The notes: generated from the letters alone by a model not told the origin. A stretch of 64,000 nt of DNA from Bacteroidota bacterium (GCA_038043425.1 JBBTBZ010000013.1:6197-70196), one strand, 5' to 3'; positions 18,568 to 28,217 are shown, counted from the stretch's first letter. Numbers and translations are program-made.

Positions 18568-20418
18568 TTACTGGATTACACATGCCCCACCCGCGCAAGC
18601 TGCTTCAGCCTGCAAATCGGTAGCATCATCCGGCTCAAATACGAATGACAAATTGATTGTGTGGAGTGACTGTTCCAGCGTTTCAAACCGTTCGCGGGTG
18701 ATGTCCTCAAAAGGTGCTTGTTTGTAATTGCCGTTATCGTAGGGTAACACGCTCAAGCCATTGTAACTGGCTTTATTTATCCACATCCATTCTCCAACTT
18801 TACACCACTCTTCATCCTTTATAGATACCGTGGCCGAAACATTGTTGGCATTATAGCCCAGGCGATATCCCTTGCGTACCCAATTTACATTAAACTGTTT
18901 TACGCGCTCCAGCATATCCATCGCACTTTCCGTTCTTAGGATGCTCCCATCCGGTGCTTTTTGCGGGATGCAAACAATGGCCTGCTTGCTATTAAGCAGA
19001 TCATCCTCAATCAACTCTGGATGATTGTCCTTCAGATATTCATAAAGGGACTCATTCTTCCCTATGCGCATTCTGCGCAGGTAATAATCATTGTGCCATG
19101 CATGAATACCTGATGATGTACCTAGCACCAGCGAACTGGTTCCTGAAGGTTTGATGGTTGTGCAGCGCGCAGCGAACGAAATACCAATCTTATTGGAGAC
19201 TTCATTATTTACATGTTTAACTTCATCGGCTGCTTCTTTCAAATCGAGTTTAGCTACCTGGCCACTGGCAATACCGGTCATACCAACACCAATGAGCGCA
19301 TCCTGCTCAGTTGTATTTTTCCACACTTCGCGCAAATAGTGAAAGTCAGTAAACCCTGCCTGCAAAGTACCTAGAAAACCGGCAGCCCTGGCGCGGCCAT
19401 TTAGTTCTTCCTGAGTTTCAATGTCCGAAACGTTGATCTCGCACAGGTTGCAGAATTGAAATGGACGCAGGGCTATTTCACAACAAGGATTGGTTCCCCA
19501 ATCCGGGTGGTTACTGAAGTAGAAACCAGGCTCGCCTGCCCCTGACAATTCAATTTTCTTCCAGAGGTCAAAGAATTCCTTTTCAGTAGTATGTTCCCTG
19601 GAAAACACGACTGAATTATTGGCCCTGCCACGTTGCTCATTCAACTCCCACCAATTTCCAAATTTGCAGGTAAGCATTTCTTCGTCTTCCGGTGAGAACA
19701 AGGATATCATGGCCGATCTGCGTATGCCTCCGGCCAATACAGCATTGGCAATGTAGCACATCAGATCATGACACTCCAAGGGAGTAAGTTGTTCACCGTT
19801 TTTCTTCCGATCCAGAATGGCTATCAGGTGGGCATGACAGACTTTTAATGGTTCCGGGCCAGGTGCTTTACCTCCCGCAGTAACAAGCCTGGCACCTTTC
19901 GGCCGAATGTCCGAATAGTCAAAATCAGGTAAGGCCTCACTTTGCCCAAAGTAGGCTTTCATGATCATTTTGATGGAGTCGGCCCAGCCTTCCAGGCTGT
20001 CACCAATAAGAAACCTTCTTCTCTTTTCAGCTTTACGAATGGGGGGTAGCTTGGCCACATGATGAAGTTGCACGGAGTATCCAACGCCTGTTCCGCCCAG
20101 CAACAAGAACATTGCTTCCGAGAAGGCCCTCACTTCATCTACAGGCATGTAGGCACAGTTATAAATGCGGCTGTTGTTCTTTATGATCGGGGCCCCGGCA
20201 AACTGCATGGCCCGCATGGAGGGAAGAACTTTTTTCTGCAACACCCATTGCATATTTTCCCTGATTTCCTCCTTGAGGTAAGGATATTTTTCCGCCATCA
20301 TGGTTTCGTAACGGCCGCAGATTTCAGGCCATATTTCCCTTCGCTGTAGTTCCGGAAGGTAGCGGGCATACTTCATATAAATTACAATGTCGCTGAGGAT
20401 TTCCTGATTTAGTTCCAT
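18568..20418 (-). CDS. nrdJ: Adenosylcobalamin-dependent ribonucleotide reductase, class II, monomeric RTPR-like
   Basis: The N-terminus YMKYARYLPELQRREIWPE resembles the RTPR lead-in. Active-site stretch NPCCEIALRPFQFCNLCEI and C-terminal Cys pair CAGGAC. Confidence 0.75.
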   Translation of the reverse strand: MELNQEILSDIVIYMKYARYLPELQRREIWPEICGRYETMMAEKYPYLKEEIRENMQWVLQKKVLPSMRAMQFAGAPIIKNNSRIYNCAYMPVDEVRAFSEAMFLLLGGTGVGYSVQLHHVAKLPPIRKAEKRRRFLIGDSLEGWADSIKMIMKAYFGQSEALPDFDYSDIRPKGARLVTAGGKAPGPEPLKVCHAHLIAILDRKKNGEQLTPLECHDLMCYIANAVLAGGIRRSAMISLFSPEDEEMLTCKFGNWWELNEQRGRANNSVVFSREHTTEKEFFDLWKKIELSGAGEPGFYFSNHPDWGTNPCCEIALRPFQFCNLCEINVSDIETQEELNGRARAAGFLGTLQAGFTDFHYLREVWKNTTEQDALIGVGMTGIASGQVAKLDLKEAADEVKHVNNEVSNKIGISFAARCTTIKPSGTSSLVLGTSSGIHAWHNDYYLRRMRIGKNESLYEYLKDNHPELIEDDLLNSKQAIVCIPQKAPDGSILRTESAMDMLERVKQFNVNWVRKGYRLGYNANNVSATVSIKDEEWCKVGEWMWINKASYNGLSVLPYDNGNYKQAPFEDITRERFETLEQSLHTINLSFVFEPDDATDLQAEAACAGGACVIQ

Positions 20419-20468
20419 AGGGTTGTAGCGGTTAAGTTTAAAAAAGTTATGTATGAAAAATTTTTTGG

Positions 20469-21155
20469 TCAGTCGGCTGCGAATATCTTCTCCAGGACCA
20501 GGGCTTCCGGAAATAGTGCCTCGTCCTCCAGGTTAATGATGTTCACCATGCTTCTCTCAAAGTCATCCAGTTTCAAACAAGCTTCCTTGTATTGTTTACT
20601 CGTATTTGTGGGTATCTTATAATATTGGCTTAATTCTTTGATCTCGCTGAGAATGGCTTTTGCAGATACGTGCTCTGATTCCAGGCTTTCAATCGGGTAC
20701 TTCAACCAAAAAGGAAGCAGGTCATCCGAGGGTCGAAGTTGCCTGGCCCACAGATTAATAAACACAGGAAACAAGATCATCTCTTCCTTGTAAAGGTGGA
20801 TTTCCAGGTTTTCGTTCAGGAGTTCAAACTTTAATTTGGTCGTGAGGAGTTCATACTGATATGAGGTTTCGTGCTCAATGGCGATGAGCAGTGCTTCGCG
20901 AATAAGCGGTATTTTAATTTTTATAAGCTGATGTTGGTAAAGTATGCTATCGAGCAGACGGTCAAAAGCTTCTGGCAATTGTTTTGAAAACCTTCTGAGA
21001 TTAGCCAACTCCAGCTTTACTTGTTGGGAATTAATGGAATATCTTTGGCAGGCCTCTTCCAAATCTAAATCAAGGCAGTTTGAATATTCGAGCCCGTATT
21101 TCTTAAAAACGGTACCACTCAGGGGTTCAGCCTTAAGGATGTTGGCGATGGTCAT
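20469..21155 (-). CDS. RIC/YtfE-like di-iron (hemerythrin-type) iron-sulfur cluster repair protein
   Basis: A divergent ScdA_N-like N-terminus (FKKYGLEYSNCLDLDLEEAC) plus hemerythrin motifs HLYKEEMILFP and ESEH. Confidence 0.6.
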   Translation of the reverse strand: MTIANILKAEPLSGTVFKKYGLEYSNCLDLDLEEACQRYSINSQQVKLELANLRRFSKQLPEAFDRLLDSILYQHQLIKIKIPLIREALLIAIEHETSYQYELLTTKLKFELLNENLEIHLYKEEMILFPVFINLWARQLRPSDDLLPFWLKYPIESLESEHVSAKAILSEIKELSQYYKIPTNTSKQYKEACLKLDDFERSMVNIINLEDEALFPEALVLEKIFAAD

Positions 21156-21158
21156 TTC

Positions 21159-21563
21159 CTAGCTCTTAACCGGAAGGTTAAATTCTTTTTCGAGAAGGAC
21201 AGCTTCAGAGTATCCATTTTCCTGATGACCATTTCCCTCATGGCTTGTTATTATCTTTTTTAAATGCTTGCGGTTGGAAACAATAAACCATACCTCCGGA
21301 CCGCGATAAGCGCCATCGCCAAACATGCTGCCATATTCCATCAAGGCATATTTTTGAAACAGTGTTTGTCCGTTCTGAATATCCTGCTTGGTGATAATCG
21401 TTTTCCCCTCCTTCGTCATATAATCGGGCACGGGGGGTGCTTCCGTATAGGGGTGCAAACCCATCATAAAAACTCCGGAAAGGCTGATTACAAAGATTAT
21501 CAATAATGGTAACCACCAGTTTTTGGGGTTCAACAGATACTCCATAAAATTCCGATTGTACAT
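21159..21563 (-). pseudogene. N-terminal ~134 aa of a quinol-type nitric-oxide reductase (qNor/NorB), apparently truncated
   Basis: A TM helix followed by GQTLFQKYALMEYGSMFGDGAYRGPE matches the qNor N-terminal periplasmic domain. The ~600-aa heme-copper core that should follow is absent. The stop lies 4 bp before the RIC start. Confidence 0.5.
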
Positions 21564-21866
21564 AATTCAGTTTTGTCTGTTCAAACTTAATAAAAGATAA
21601 ACAACTCTTTTATAGGATGTGAATAAAAAGATAATTTAGTCTTCTAATAAGAAAACCACCGGAGGACTCAAATTTCTACCAAATTGGGAGTTGTCTGGCT
21701 TTGCATTCATCCGGCTGGGATGAATCGGCTGGCGTGCAACCGGCTTCCAAATCAGGGGGCAATACTTTGCGCGAGGCCTGATGATCAGGGAGTGGAGACT
21801 AGGGCTCAGCCTACTTGAATTAGCACTAGAGGCAGTAGAACATAAGTTTTTGCTCGAAGTTAGAAG

Positions 21867-22877
21867 CTACTTTATCCAGCCATTTTCTTTATACCAATCT
21901 AACGTTTCTTCCATTCCTTTCTCCAGGGTAAATTCCGGAGATGTGCGAATGTCGCGCCAGATTTCTTCGCTATCGCACTTCCAGTTGGCGCTGCTTATTT
22001 CATTTACCTTCTCAACGTTTAAGAAAGGTTGTTTACCAAACATCAAATAAATAGTTTCAATTCCCTTTATCGCCCAACGAAACGGTGTGGCCGGTAATTT
22101 ATATTTCAGGGTTTTTTTTCCGAGGATTTTCTTAATAATCTCACCCAATTGTTCTTTATCATAATCAAAACCATCAGAAATTAAATAAGAATGATTTTGG
22201 GAAGGTGATTTCATCGCCAGCATCACTGCCTTGGCCAGATCTTTTACATAGAGTAAAGAAATCATTTGACGATTGCTGCTTACATAAAATTCAAACCCAT
22301 GATTGATCAACTTGATAAAGCCAAGAAAATCTTTATCGCGCGGCCCATAAACTGCCGTAGGATTGATAATCAGGTAAGGAAACGAGGAAAGGGACCTCAA
22401 ATGTTGTTCGGCCATAAGTTTACTTTTTCCGTAAGTGGATATTGGATGTGGAGCGTCCGAAATTTTGATGGGTTCGAAGGTTTCACTATTACCTGGGCCC
22501 AATGCAGCAAGTGAACTGATAAGCACAAATTTTTCCATTGACATTCCGGATGTCAGGATAGCATTTGTCAAATTTTTTGTATATGAATAATTTACTTGTA
22601 TAAAATCTTTTTTTTTTGGCGCATACGTGATGCCCGCATTATGAATCACATAATCGAAGCCTCCATGCTCTTCAACCAATGAAGTGATTTCTTTTTTCAG
22701 ATTTTCCTCCGAAGAAAAGTCCAGTTCAATGAATTTAATGCGCTCGTCTCTAAGGTATTCCCTACTGCTTGTGTGACGAATGCCGGCCCATACTTCAAAA
22801 CCCTGATGAAGGGCCGCCTCCACCAAAAAACTTCCAATAAAACCACTGGCTCCAGTGATGAGAACTTTATTTTTCAT
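21867..22877 (-). CDS. NAD-dependent epimerase/dehydratase family SDR (candidate 3-keto-sphingoid/capnoid reductase)
   Basis: GASGFIGSFLV Rossmann motif and YGKSK catalytic YxxxK. Last gene of a three-gene co-directional set. Confidence 0.8.
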   Translation of the reverse strand: MKNKVLITGASGFIGSFLVEAALHQGFEVWAGIRHTSSREYLRDERIKFIELDFSSEENLKKEITSLVEEHGGFDYVIHNAGITYAPKKKDFIQVNYSYTKNLTNAILTSGMSMEKFVLISSLAALGPGNSETFEPIKISDAPHPISTYGKSKLMAEQHLRSLSSFPYLIINPTAVYGPRDKDFLGFIKLINHGFEFYVSSNRQMISLLYVKDLAKAVMLAMKSPSQNHSYLISDGFDYDKEQLGEIIKKILGKKTLKYKLPATPFRWAIKGIETIYLMFGKQPFLNVEKVNEISSANWKCDSEEIWRDIRTSPEFTLEKGMEETLDWYKENGWIK

Positions 22878-22894
22878 GACTGGCTATGCAGGGG

Positions 22895-24016
22895 CTATAA
22901 ATATTTAATGAAACAGCGCCTCCGTTTATGCTGTACGGCTTCGTAATACTCCCATAATGATTGTACTTGCAAATTACTTTCTAACTCTGGATTTGATTCA
23001 GCATATTCAATTCCATTTTTAATATACGATTTTGTCAATTCATACATGAGCATAGCGTTTATGCCTTTACCTTGCAATTCCTTGCGTATGGCAACCAAAT
23101 ACAAATCACCTGTTTTATTTCTTTTCAGAGCTTTTAAAATATGAATGAAACCAAATGGTAACAAACTACCTTTAGCCTTTTGTAAGGCTAACGACAAGGA
23201 TGGCATCGTAATTCCAAACGCAGCCAGTTTACCGTCCTTGCCAACAATCAAGGAAACAAAATCGGGACGTATAAATGAAAAGTACTGTTTCGTGTAGTAC
23301 TCAATTTGCTTTTTGGTGAGGGGAACAACCCCGTATAAATCGGAATAAGTTGAATTAATCAGGTCAAATATTTCATTCGCATAAGGCAGTATTTCTTTGG
23401 CTGACCGGGCGACCAACGCGTGAAGGCCCAATCTTCGCTGAACCATAGCTGCTATTTTTGATAACTTTTCGGGCACCGTGCCCGGCACTTTTATTTTGTA
23501 TTCCACCCAATCAATATCTTTTTTGTAACCCAATTTCTCAAGCAATCTTGGGTAATAGGGATAATTGTAAATAGTAGCAAGAGTTCCTAATTGATCATAA
23601 CCCTCAATCAACATTCCTTCATGGTCCAAATCCGTAAACCCAAGCGGGCCATGAATGGCGACCAATCCTTTTTCCTTTGCCCAGTCTTCTACCTTTTCTA
23701 AAAGTAATTTGACGATCTCCTCGTCCTCCTCAAAATCAATCCACCCAAAACGTATATAAGAATTTTCCCATTTTTGGATATAGGCATGGTTAATAATCCC
23801 AGCGACACGCCCTACAACTCTTCCATCTTTGTAGGCAAGCCAATATTTCGCCTCACAATAATCAAAAGCTGGGTTCTTGTCTTTTCGCAACGTTGCCACT
23901 TCATCAAATCGCAGAGGAGGAACAAAATAACGATGCCCCCTGTACAACCGATAAGGAAGATCAATGAAATCGTTCAATTGCTTCCTTTTCGTTACCTCAT
24001 TGACTGTGATGGTCAT
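22895..24016 (-). CDS. GNAT-fold acyltransferase-like protein (candidate N-acyltransferase)
   Basis: 373 aa. The C-terminal half has VAIRKELQGKGINAML, resembling the GNAT acyl-CoA binding loop. It lies 7 bp after the oxoamine synthase gene. Confidence 0.5.
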   Translation of the reverse strand: MTITVNEVTKRKQLNDFIDLPYRLYRGHRYFVPPLRFDEVATLRKDKNPAFDYCEAKYWLAYKDGRVVGRVAGIINHAYIQKWENSYIRFGWIDFEEDEEIVKLLLEKVEDWAKEKGLVAIHGPLGFTDLDHEGMLIEGYDQLGTLATIYNYPYYPRLLEKLGYKKDIDWVEYKIKVPGTVPEKLSKIAAMVQRRLGLHALVARSAKEILPYANEIFDLINSTYSDLYGVVPLTKKQIEYYTKQYFSFIRPDFVSLIVGKDGKLAAFGITMPSLSLALQKAKGSLLPFGFIHILKALKRNKTGDLYLVAIRKELQGKGINAMLMYELTKSYIKNGIEYAESNPELESNLQVQSLWEYYEAVQHKRRRCFIKYL

Positions 24017-24023
24017 TGTTTAC

Positions 24024-25244
24024 TTATAATACCTCAAGTCTTACTGAAATGTTGTACAGTTTTTCTATCGCCTTTTCAATTTGGTCTCGTGTATGGGTTG
24101 CCATTAAGCTGAACCTGATAAGTGCATTTTCTTTTGCTACTGCCGGAGAAGCTATCGGGTTTATAAAAACACCTTCTTCCAAAAGCATCTTTGACAACCG
24201 AAACGTTTTTAGCTCATCCCGAATGTAGATCGGAATAATAGGTGTGCACGAGGCCCCTGTATCAAAGCCCAGGCGGTTTAATTCTGTGAGGGCAAAGTTA
24301 GTATTCGTCCACAATTTTTCGATCCGCTCTGGCTCTCGTTCAATGATTTCAAGCGCAGCTAACACGCTGGCCGTAGCAGCTGGCGAAATACTTGCACTAA
24401 AAATTAATGATCTCGCATGATGTTTTAGATAATTTATAGTTGCTCTGTCAGATGCAATAAATCCACCAATTGAGGCCAATGATTTGCTAAACGTACCCAT
24501 GATAAGGTGGGGCTTATTGGTAAGATTGAAATGAGAGGCAGTTCCCCGCCCACCTTCACCGATTACTCCGAGTGCATGGGCATCATCAACCATGATAGTA
24601 GCGCTGTATTTTTCAGCAAGCTGAACAATCTGTGGCAACCTGGCGATGTCACCATCCATACTAAAGATGCCATCTATAACTATTAATTTCAATTTATCCG
24701 GATGACAATCCCGTAATACTTTTTCCAGCGACTCCATGTTATTGTGCCTGAACTTTCGTGTTTGTCCAAGGCATAGATTAGCGCCTTCTATGATTGAGGC
24801 ATGGTCTAACTCATCCAGGATCAGGTAATCGTGTCGGCCAACAAGTGCCGGGATAACACCGATGTTCACCTGGAACCCAGTGCTGAATAAGAGTGCCTCT
24901 TCTTTGCCCACAAACTCTGCCAACTTCTGCTCTAACTCCAGGTGAATATCTAATGTGCCATTGAGAAATCTTGAGCCTGCACAGCCGCAGCCGTATTTAT
25001 TGACCGCTTCGATAGATTTTCTTTTTACTTCGGGATGATTCGTAAGCCCCAGGTAACTGTTTGATCCGAACATCAAAACCTTTTTCTTATCAATTATTAC
25101 TTCAGAATCCTGATCTGATTCAATAACATGGAAATAGGGGTATAATCCTGCCTGTTTCAGTTGATCAGCCCTTGTAAATTTTGAGATTTTTTCGAAGAGC
25201 ATAGTCGCAACGGGGACTACTCCACACTGATCAGTATTGTTCAT
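24024..25244 (-). CDS. PLP-dependent alpha-oxoamine synthase (serine palmitoyltransferase / cysteate-fatty-acyl transferase / KBL family)
   Basis: GTFSKSLASIGG PLP-lysine motif, DDAH and SNSYLGL blocks. The track start 25274 is GTG; ATG 25244 or 25202 is more likely. Confidence 0.85.
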   Translation of the reverse strand: MNNTDQCGVVPVATMLFEKISKFTRADQLKQAGLYPYFHVIESDQDSEVIIDKKKVLMFGSNSYLGLTNHPEVKRKSIEAVNKYGCGCAGSRFLNGTLDIHLELEQKLAEFVGKEEALLFSTGFQVNIGVIPALVGRHDYLILDELDHASIIEGANLCLGQTRKFRHNNMESLEKVLRDCHPDKLKLIVIDGIFSMDGDIARLPQIVQLAEKYSATIMVDDAHALGVIGEGGRGTASHFNLTNKPHLIMGTFSKSLASIGGFIASDRATINYLKHHARSLIFSASISPAATASVLAALEIIEREPERIEKLWTNTNFALTELNRLGFDTGASCTPIIPIYIRDELKTFRLSKMLLEEGVFINPIASPAVAKENALIRFSLMATHTRDQIEKAIEKLYNISVRLEVL

Positions 25245-25374
25245 GGTCGGTAGGCATTGTTCAATATTCCTCACATTCTGTGAATTTCTACAAACATAAT
25301 AAAAGACAAATCTATCTTAATATTGTTAAAAAAGATATTTTTGCGTTTTATTTAACAAAATCGCACGAAAAAAA

Positions 25375-25800
25375 ATGGTTTCCATTTGTAAAATTTTCAG
25401 ATTCGAGGCAGCACATGCTATTCATCACTACCCCGGTAAGTGCGCACATATACATGGTCATTCGTATGAATTGCACGTAACCGTACAAGCGAAACAACCT
25501 TTTGATAATTTTATCGATGGACTGGGTATTATTATTGACTTTAAAGAATTAAAAGCTCTGGTGCAAAATGAGGTTATTGAAACATTAGATCATAAGCTTA
25601 TTTTGTCCAAGGCTTATCTTTCTGAAACCAAAGGTCAATTTTCACACGATGAACTTGTAGTGTTTGACGTTGAACCAACTGCGGAGAACCTGTTATTGTT
25701 TCTGCGCATGCAGATAATTTCCGCATTACCTGAGCATGTTCGCCTTCATTCTTTAAAATTGTGGGAGACCCGCGATTCGTATGCGGAGTGGCTAGCGTGA
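25375..25800 (+). CDS. queD: 6-carboxy-5,6,7,8-tetrahydropterin synthase
   Basis: FRFEAAHAI...CAHIHGHSYEL zinc/His motif of the QueD/PTPS family; 141 aa. Confidence 0.9.
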   Translation: MVSICKIFRFEAAHAIHHYPGKCAHIHGHSYELHVTVQAKQPFDNFIDGLGIIIDFKELKALVQNEVIETLDHKLILSKAYLSETKGQFSHDELVVFDVEPTAENLLLFLRMQIISALPEHVRLHSLKLWETRDSYAEWLA

Positions 25801-25880
25801 GGTTTTTTTAGCTTTGGCATTCTTCAGGAAAGTCTTGCCTTTAACAAGGTCCTGGGCCAATACTTGTATAGTTGTTTCTC

Positions 25881-26240
25881 TCAAAACCATACGCAGCCGG
25901 TCTCTTCATTTACCGTTTTCTTACCTCCGCAGCAGAAATCAATACCAAATTTTTTAAATACTTCTGCCCTCCGAAAGTCGCTGGCTACCAGTTCACCGAT
26001 GGTTGAATCTTGGACTGTCAATAATTTTGAAATATGCACCTTCCACCGATCAGGACCCTCTTGTAAATATTTCCAGCTAAATGTTTTTCCTCGCTCGGCC
26101 AGCATTTGATAATATAGAGGCTTGGGATCATGATCGGTGTCAATAACAAATTCGCCTCCTGGCGGTAGTGCATCAAAGCGTTGAAAAATAGTTGGATGCT
26201 TAAGACGGGGTAACAGTTGGGCTACATCTAATGTTTCCAT
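25881..26240 (-). pseudogene. DUF2249 domain + start of an ScdA_N/RIC domain, truncated
   Basis: LPPGGEFVIDTDHDPKPLYYQ...GPDRWKVHISK (DUF2249-like) is followed by ELVASDFRRAEVFKKFGIDFCCGGKKTV (ScdA_N). The frame stops 8 codons later, with no hemerythrin part. Only 80 bp remain before the queD end. Confidence 0.45.
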
Positions 26241-26425
26241 AGGAAGTGTTTAAGTTTAAAATAATAATATTTGTGATACCAAAGAAACATGGTTGTCAGT
26301 CTTCCTATTTATGATTTGAATTAGAGGATATAAAAGTCTTTTATTAGTATATTCGCAAGATTTTCCCCTGCTTGGAAAAAGGATAACACATTTAATTCAA
26401 ATCAGGCTTTCAATAAGAAAATGCT

Positions 26426-26551
26426 ATGAAAAGTACACCGATGATTTATGGCTTGATATTGAACGGTGTAAAAAGTTCGACAATGACTAAGGACAAAGGT
26501 CTGATAGAGTACCACGGTAAACCCAGCGCGAGCATTCGTATGAAATGCTAG
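26426..26551 (+). pseudogene. 41-codon remnant resembling the N-terminus of MobA-like NTP transferase
   Basis: MKSTPMIYGLILNGVKSSTMTKDKGLIEYHGKP resembles G(L/V)ILAGGKSSRMGxDKGLLxxxGKP with the GG and R positions mutated. A stop falls after 41 codons. Confidence 0.35.
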
Positions 26552-26793
26552 GTGCCGATATGAAAAGAATGTTCCAGAATATTTAAATCCTATTGTAGGC
26601 CAAATTGAAATAAAAAGTCCATTGATTGATTTGGCAACTATCCGATATCTGATTTCTCAACGAAGCAGTCAGCATATTTTCACGCTTTCTGTAAGAAACT
26701 AAAAATATGTACAATTTCAATTTTGGGCTGCCCGAGATAGTGAGGAGGCAAGCTAAATTCAAAAACTCTAGCTCTTAACAGTCCAGTCAATTG

Positions 26794-26880
26794 CGGAGAG
26801 AGTGAGATTCGAACTCACGGTACAGTTGCCCGCACAACGGTTTTCGAGACCGTCCCATTCAGCCTCTCTGGCATCTCTCC
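26794..26880 (-). tRNA. tRNA-Ser (anticodon CGA), class II with long variable arm
   Basis: GGAGAGA acceptor pairs with TCTCTCC. Anticodon stem ACGGT/ACCGT with loop CTCGAAA. T arm GTGAG-TTCGAAT-CTCAC. CCA is not encoded. Confidence 0.9.
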
Positions 26881-26889
26881 TAGTTCGTA

Positions 26890-26897
26890 CAAAAATA
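26890..26897 (-). promoter_or_regulatory. Candidate -7 box (TATTTTTG) for tRNA-Ser
   Basis: Matches TAnnTTTG on the minus strand, ending 9 nt before the tRNA 5' end. Confidence 0.4.
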
Positions 26898-26981
26898 TAA
26901 ACTCTCCGGTTGGCTAGTCTTATTTTATACCTGCTATTATAATTGAAGTCTCTCCCCGCTGAAAAGGGATTTAGTGAGGTG

Positions 26982-28217
26982 CTATTCAAACCTCAACGAT
27001 TCTATTGGATCAAGTTTTGATGCCTTATAGGCTGGATAATATCCGGAAAGTAAACCTACCGACACGCAGACAATCAAGCCCATCAGCATCCATACCCAGG
27101 GCACCACAAAAGCATCAATCCCAATGGCTTTTGAAATCAGATTGCCAATTAAAATCCCTAGAATAATCCCGGCCACACCACCCAAAATACAAACCACAAT
27201 AGCCTCAATAATAAATTGCTGACGAATGCGAAGTGGTGTTGCACCAAGCGCTTTTCTCACTCCTACTTCCCGTGTCCGCTCCGTTACCGAAACCAACATG
27301 ATATTCATTAAAGCAATAGCAGCCCCAAGTAATGTTATAAAGCCAACACCAAAGCCGCCAATTCGCAAAGCACCTGTGATGCTTGCCATTTCTTCAGCGA
27401 GCGTTTCACTTTTCGCGAGTTCGAATGAATTGGGCTGCCCCACTCTATCCTGGCGTATGGCACGCATGAGACCGGTTGCTTCCCCCATGGCAAGATCCAT
27501 TTGTGTAATATCCGTTACGCCAACAGTCAACCAATAATCAAGTCCTCGGCCACCGGCAAGTTGGTTGGCAACGATAATCGGAATAATGGCCATATTGTCA
27601 TAATTATCTTCGGCCAGTTGACCTTTCTCTTTTAATACTCCAATAACCTTAAACTGTGTCCCTTTAAAAGATACCTCCGTACCTATCGGTTCTTCGTTAT
27701 CCTCATAAATGGCATCCACTACTTTCTTTCCAAGAATTACAACTTTGGTACCGTATTGAATTTCAATAGGCGAGAAATTTCTTCCCTTATCAATATTCAA
27801 ACCTTTAATTGCTAAGTACTCTTCATTCACTCCATTTACACTGATGTTAGGATTTGTCTTTTTTGAAAAATGTCGTACTTCTGCTATCTGTGTAAGATCT
27901 GCTGAAAGGCTAATGCTGGCTGGAAATGTAAACCTGTCAATAAATTTCTGAGCTTCATTCAGTTGTACGGGCTGATAGACTTTTTCTTTAATGCCCTGTT
28001 GATTTCCCCCCCGGTTTCTTTTGGAAGAAATATCAAATACATTGACGCCCAGTGACGATAAACTCTCTGATACCGAGTATTCAATACCGTCAATTGCGGT
28101 AAGGATGCCTACTAAGGAAGTTATTCCAATCGCCACAATGAGTGCCGTCAGCACCGAGCGAAGGAGGTTAGCTTGAATGGAACGTAAGCCTTCTTTAAAG
28201 TTTTCTATCAGGTTCAT
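26982..28217 (-). CDS. ABC transporter permease, MacB/FtsX type
   Basis: N-terminal TM, large periplasmic domain and a C-terminal FtsX 3-TM block, 411 aa. No adjacent ATPase gene. Confidence 0.85.
   Translation of the reverse strand: MNLIENFKEGLRSIQANLLRSVLTALIVAIGITSLVGILTAIDGIEYSVSESLSSLGVNVFDISSKRNRGGNQQGIKEKVYQPVQLNEAQKFIDRFTFPASISLSADLTQIAEVRHFSKKTNPNISVNGVNEEYLAIKGLNIDKGRNFSPIEIQYGTKVVILGKKVVDAIYEDNEEPIGTEVSFKGTQFKVIGVLKEKGQLAEDNYDNMAIIPIIVANQLAGGRGLDYWLTVGVTDITQMDLAMGEATGLMRAIRQDRVGQPNSFELAKSETLAEEMASITGALRIGGFGVGFITLLGAAIALMNIMLVSVTERTREVGVRKALGATPLRIRQQFIIEAIVVCILGGVAGIILGILIGNLISKAIGIDAFVVPWVWMLMGLIVCVSVGLLSGYYPAYKASKLDPIESLRFE

Noticed and set aside
21238-21516. Alternative-frame ORFs within the norB fragment, considered as a possible frameshift continuation of qNor
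   Set aside because: Their translations show no resemblance to the qNor region that should follow GAYxGPD. The loss looks like a deletion rather than a simple frameshift.
26768-26989. 73-aa minus-strand ORF
   Set aside because: It runs straight through the tRNA-Ser(CGA) gene (26794-26880) and its promoter, so it is not protein-coding.
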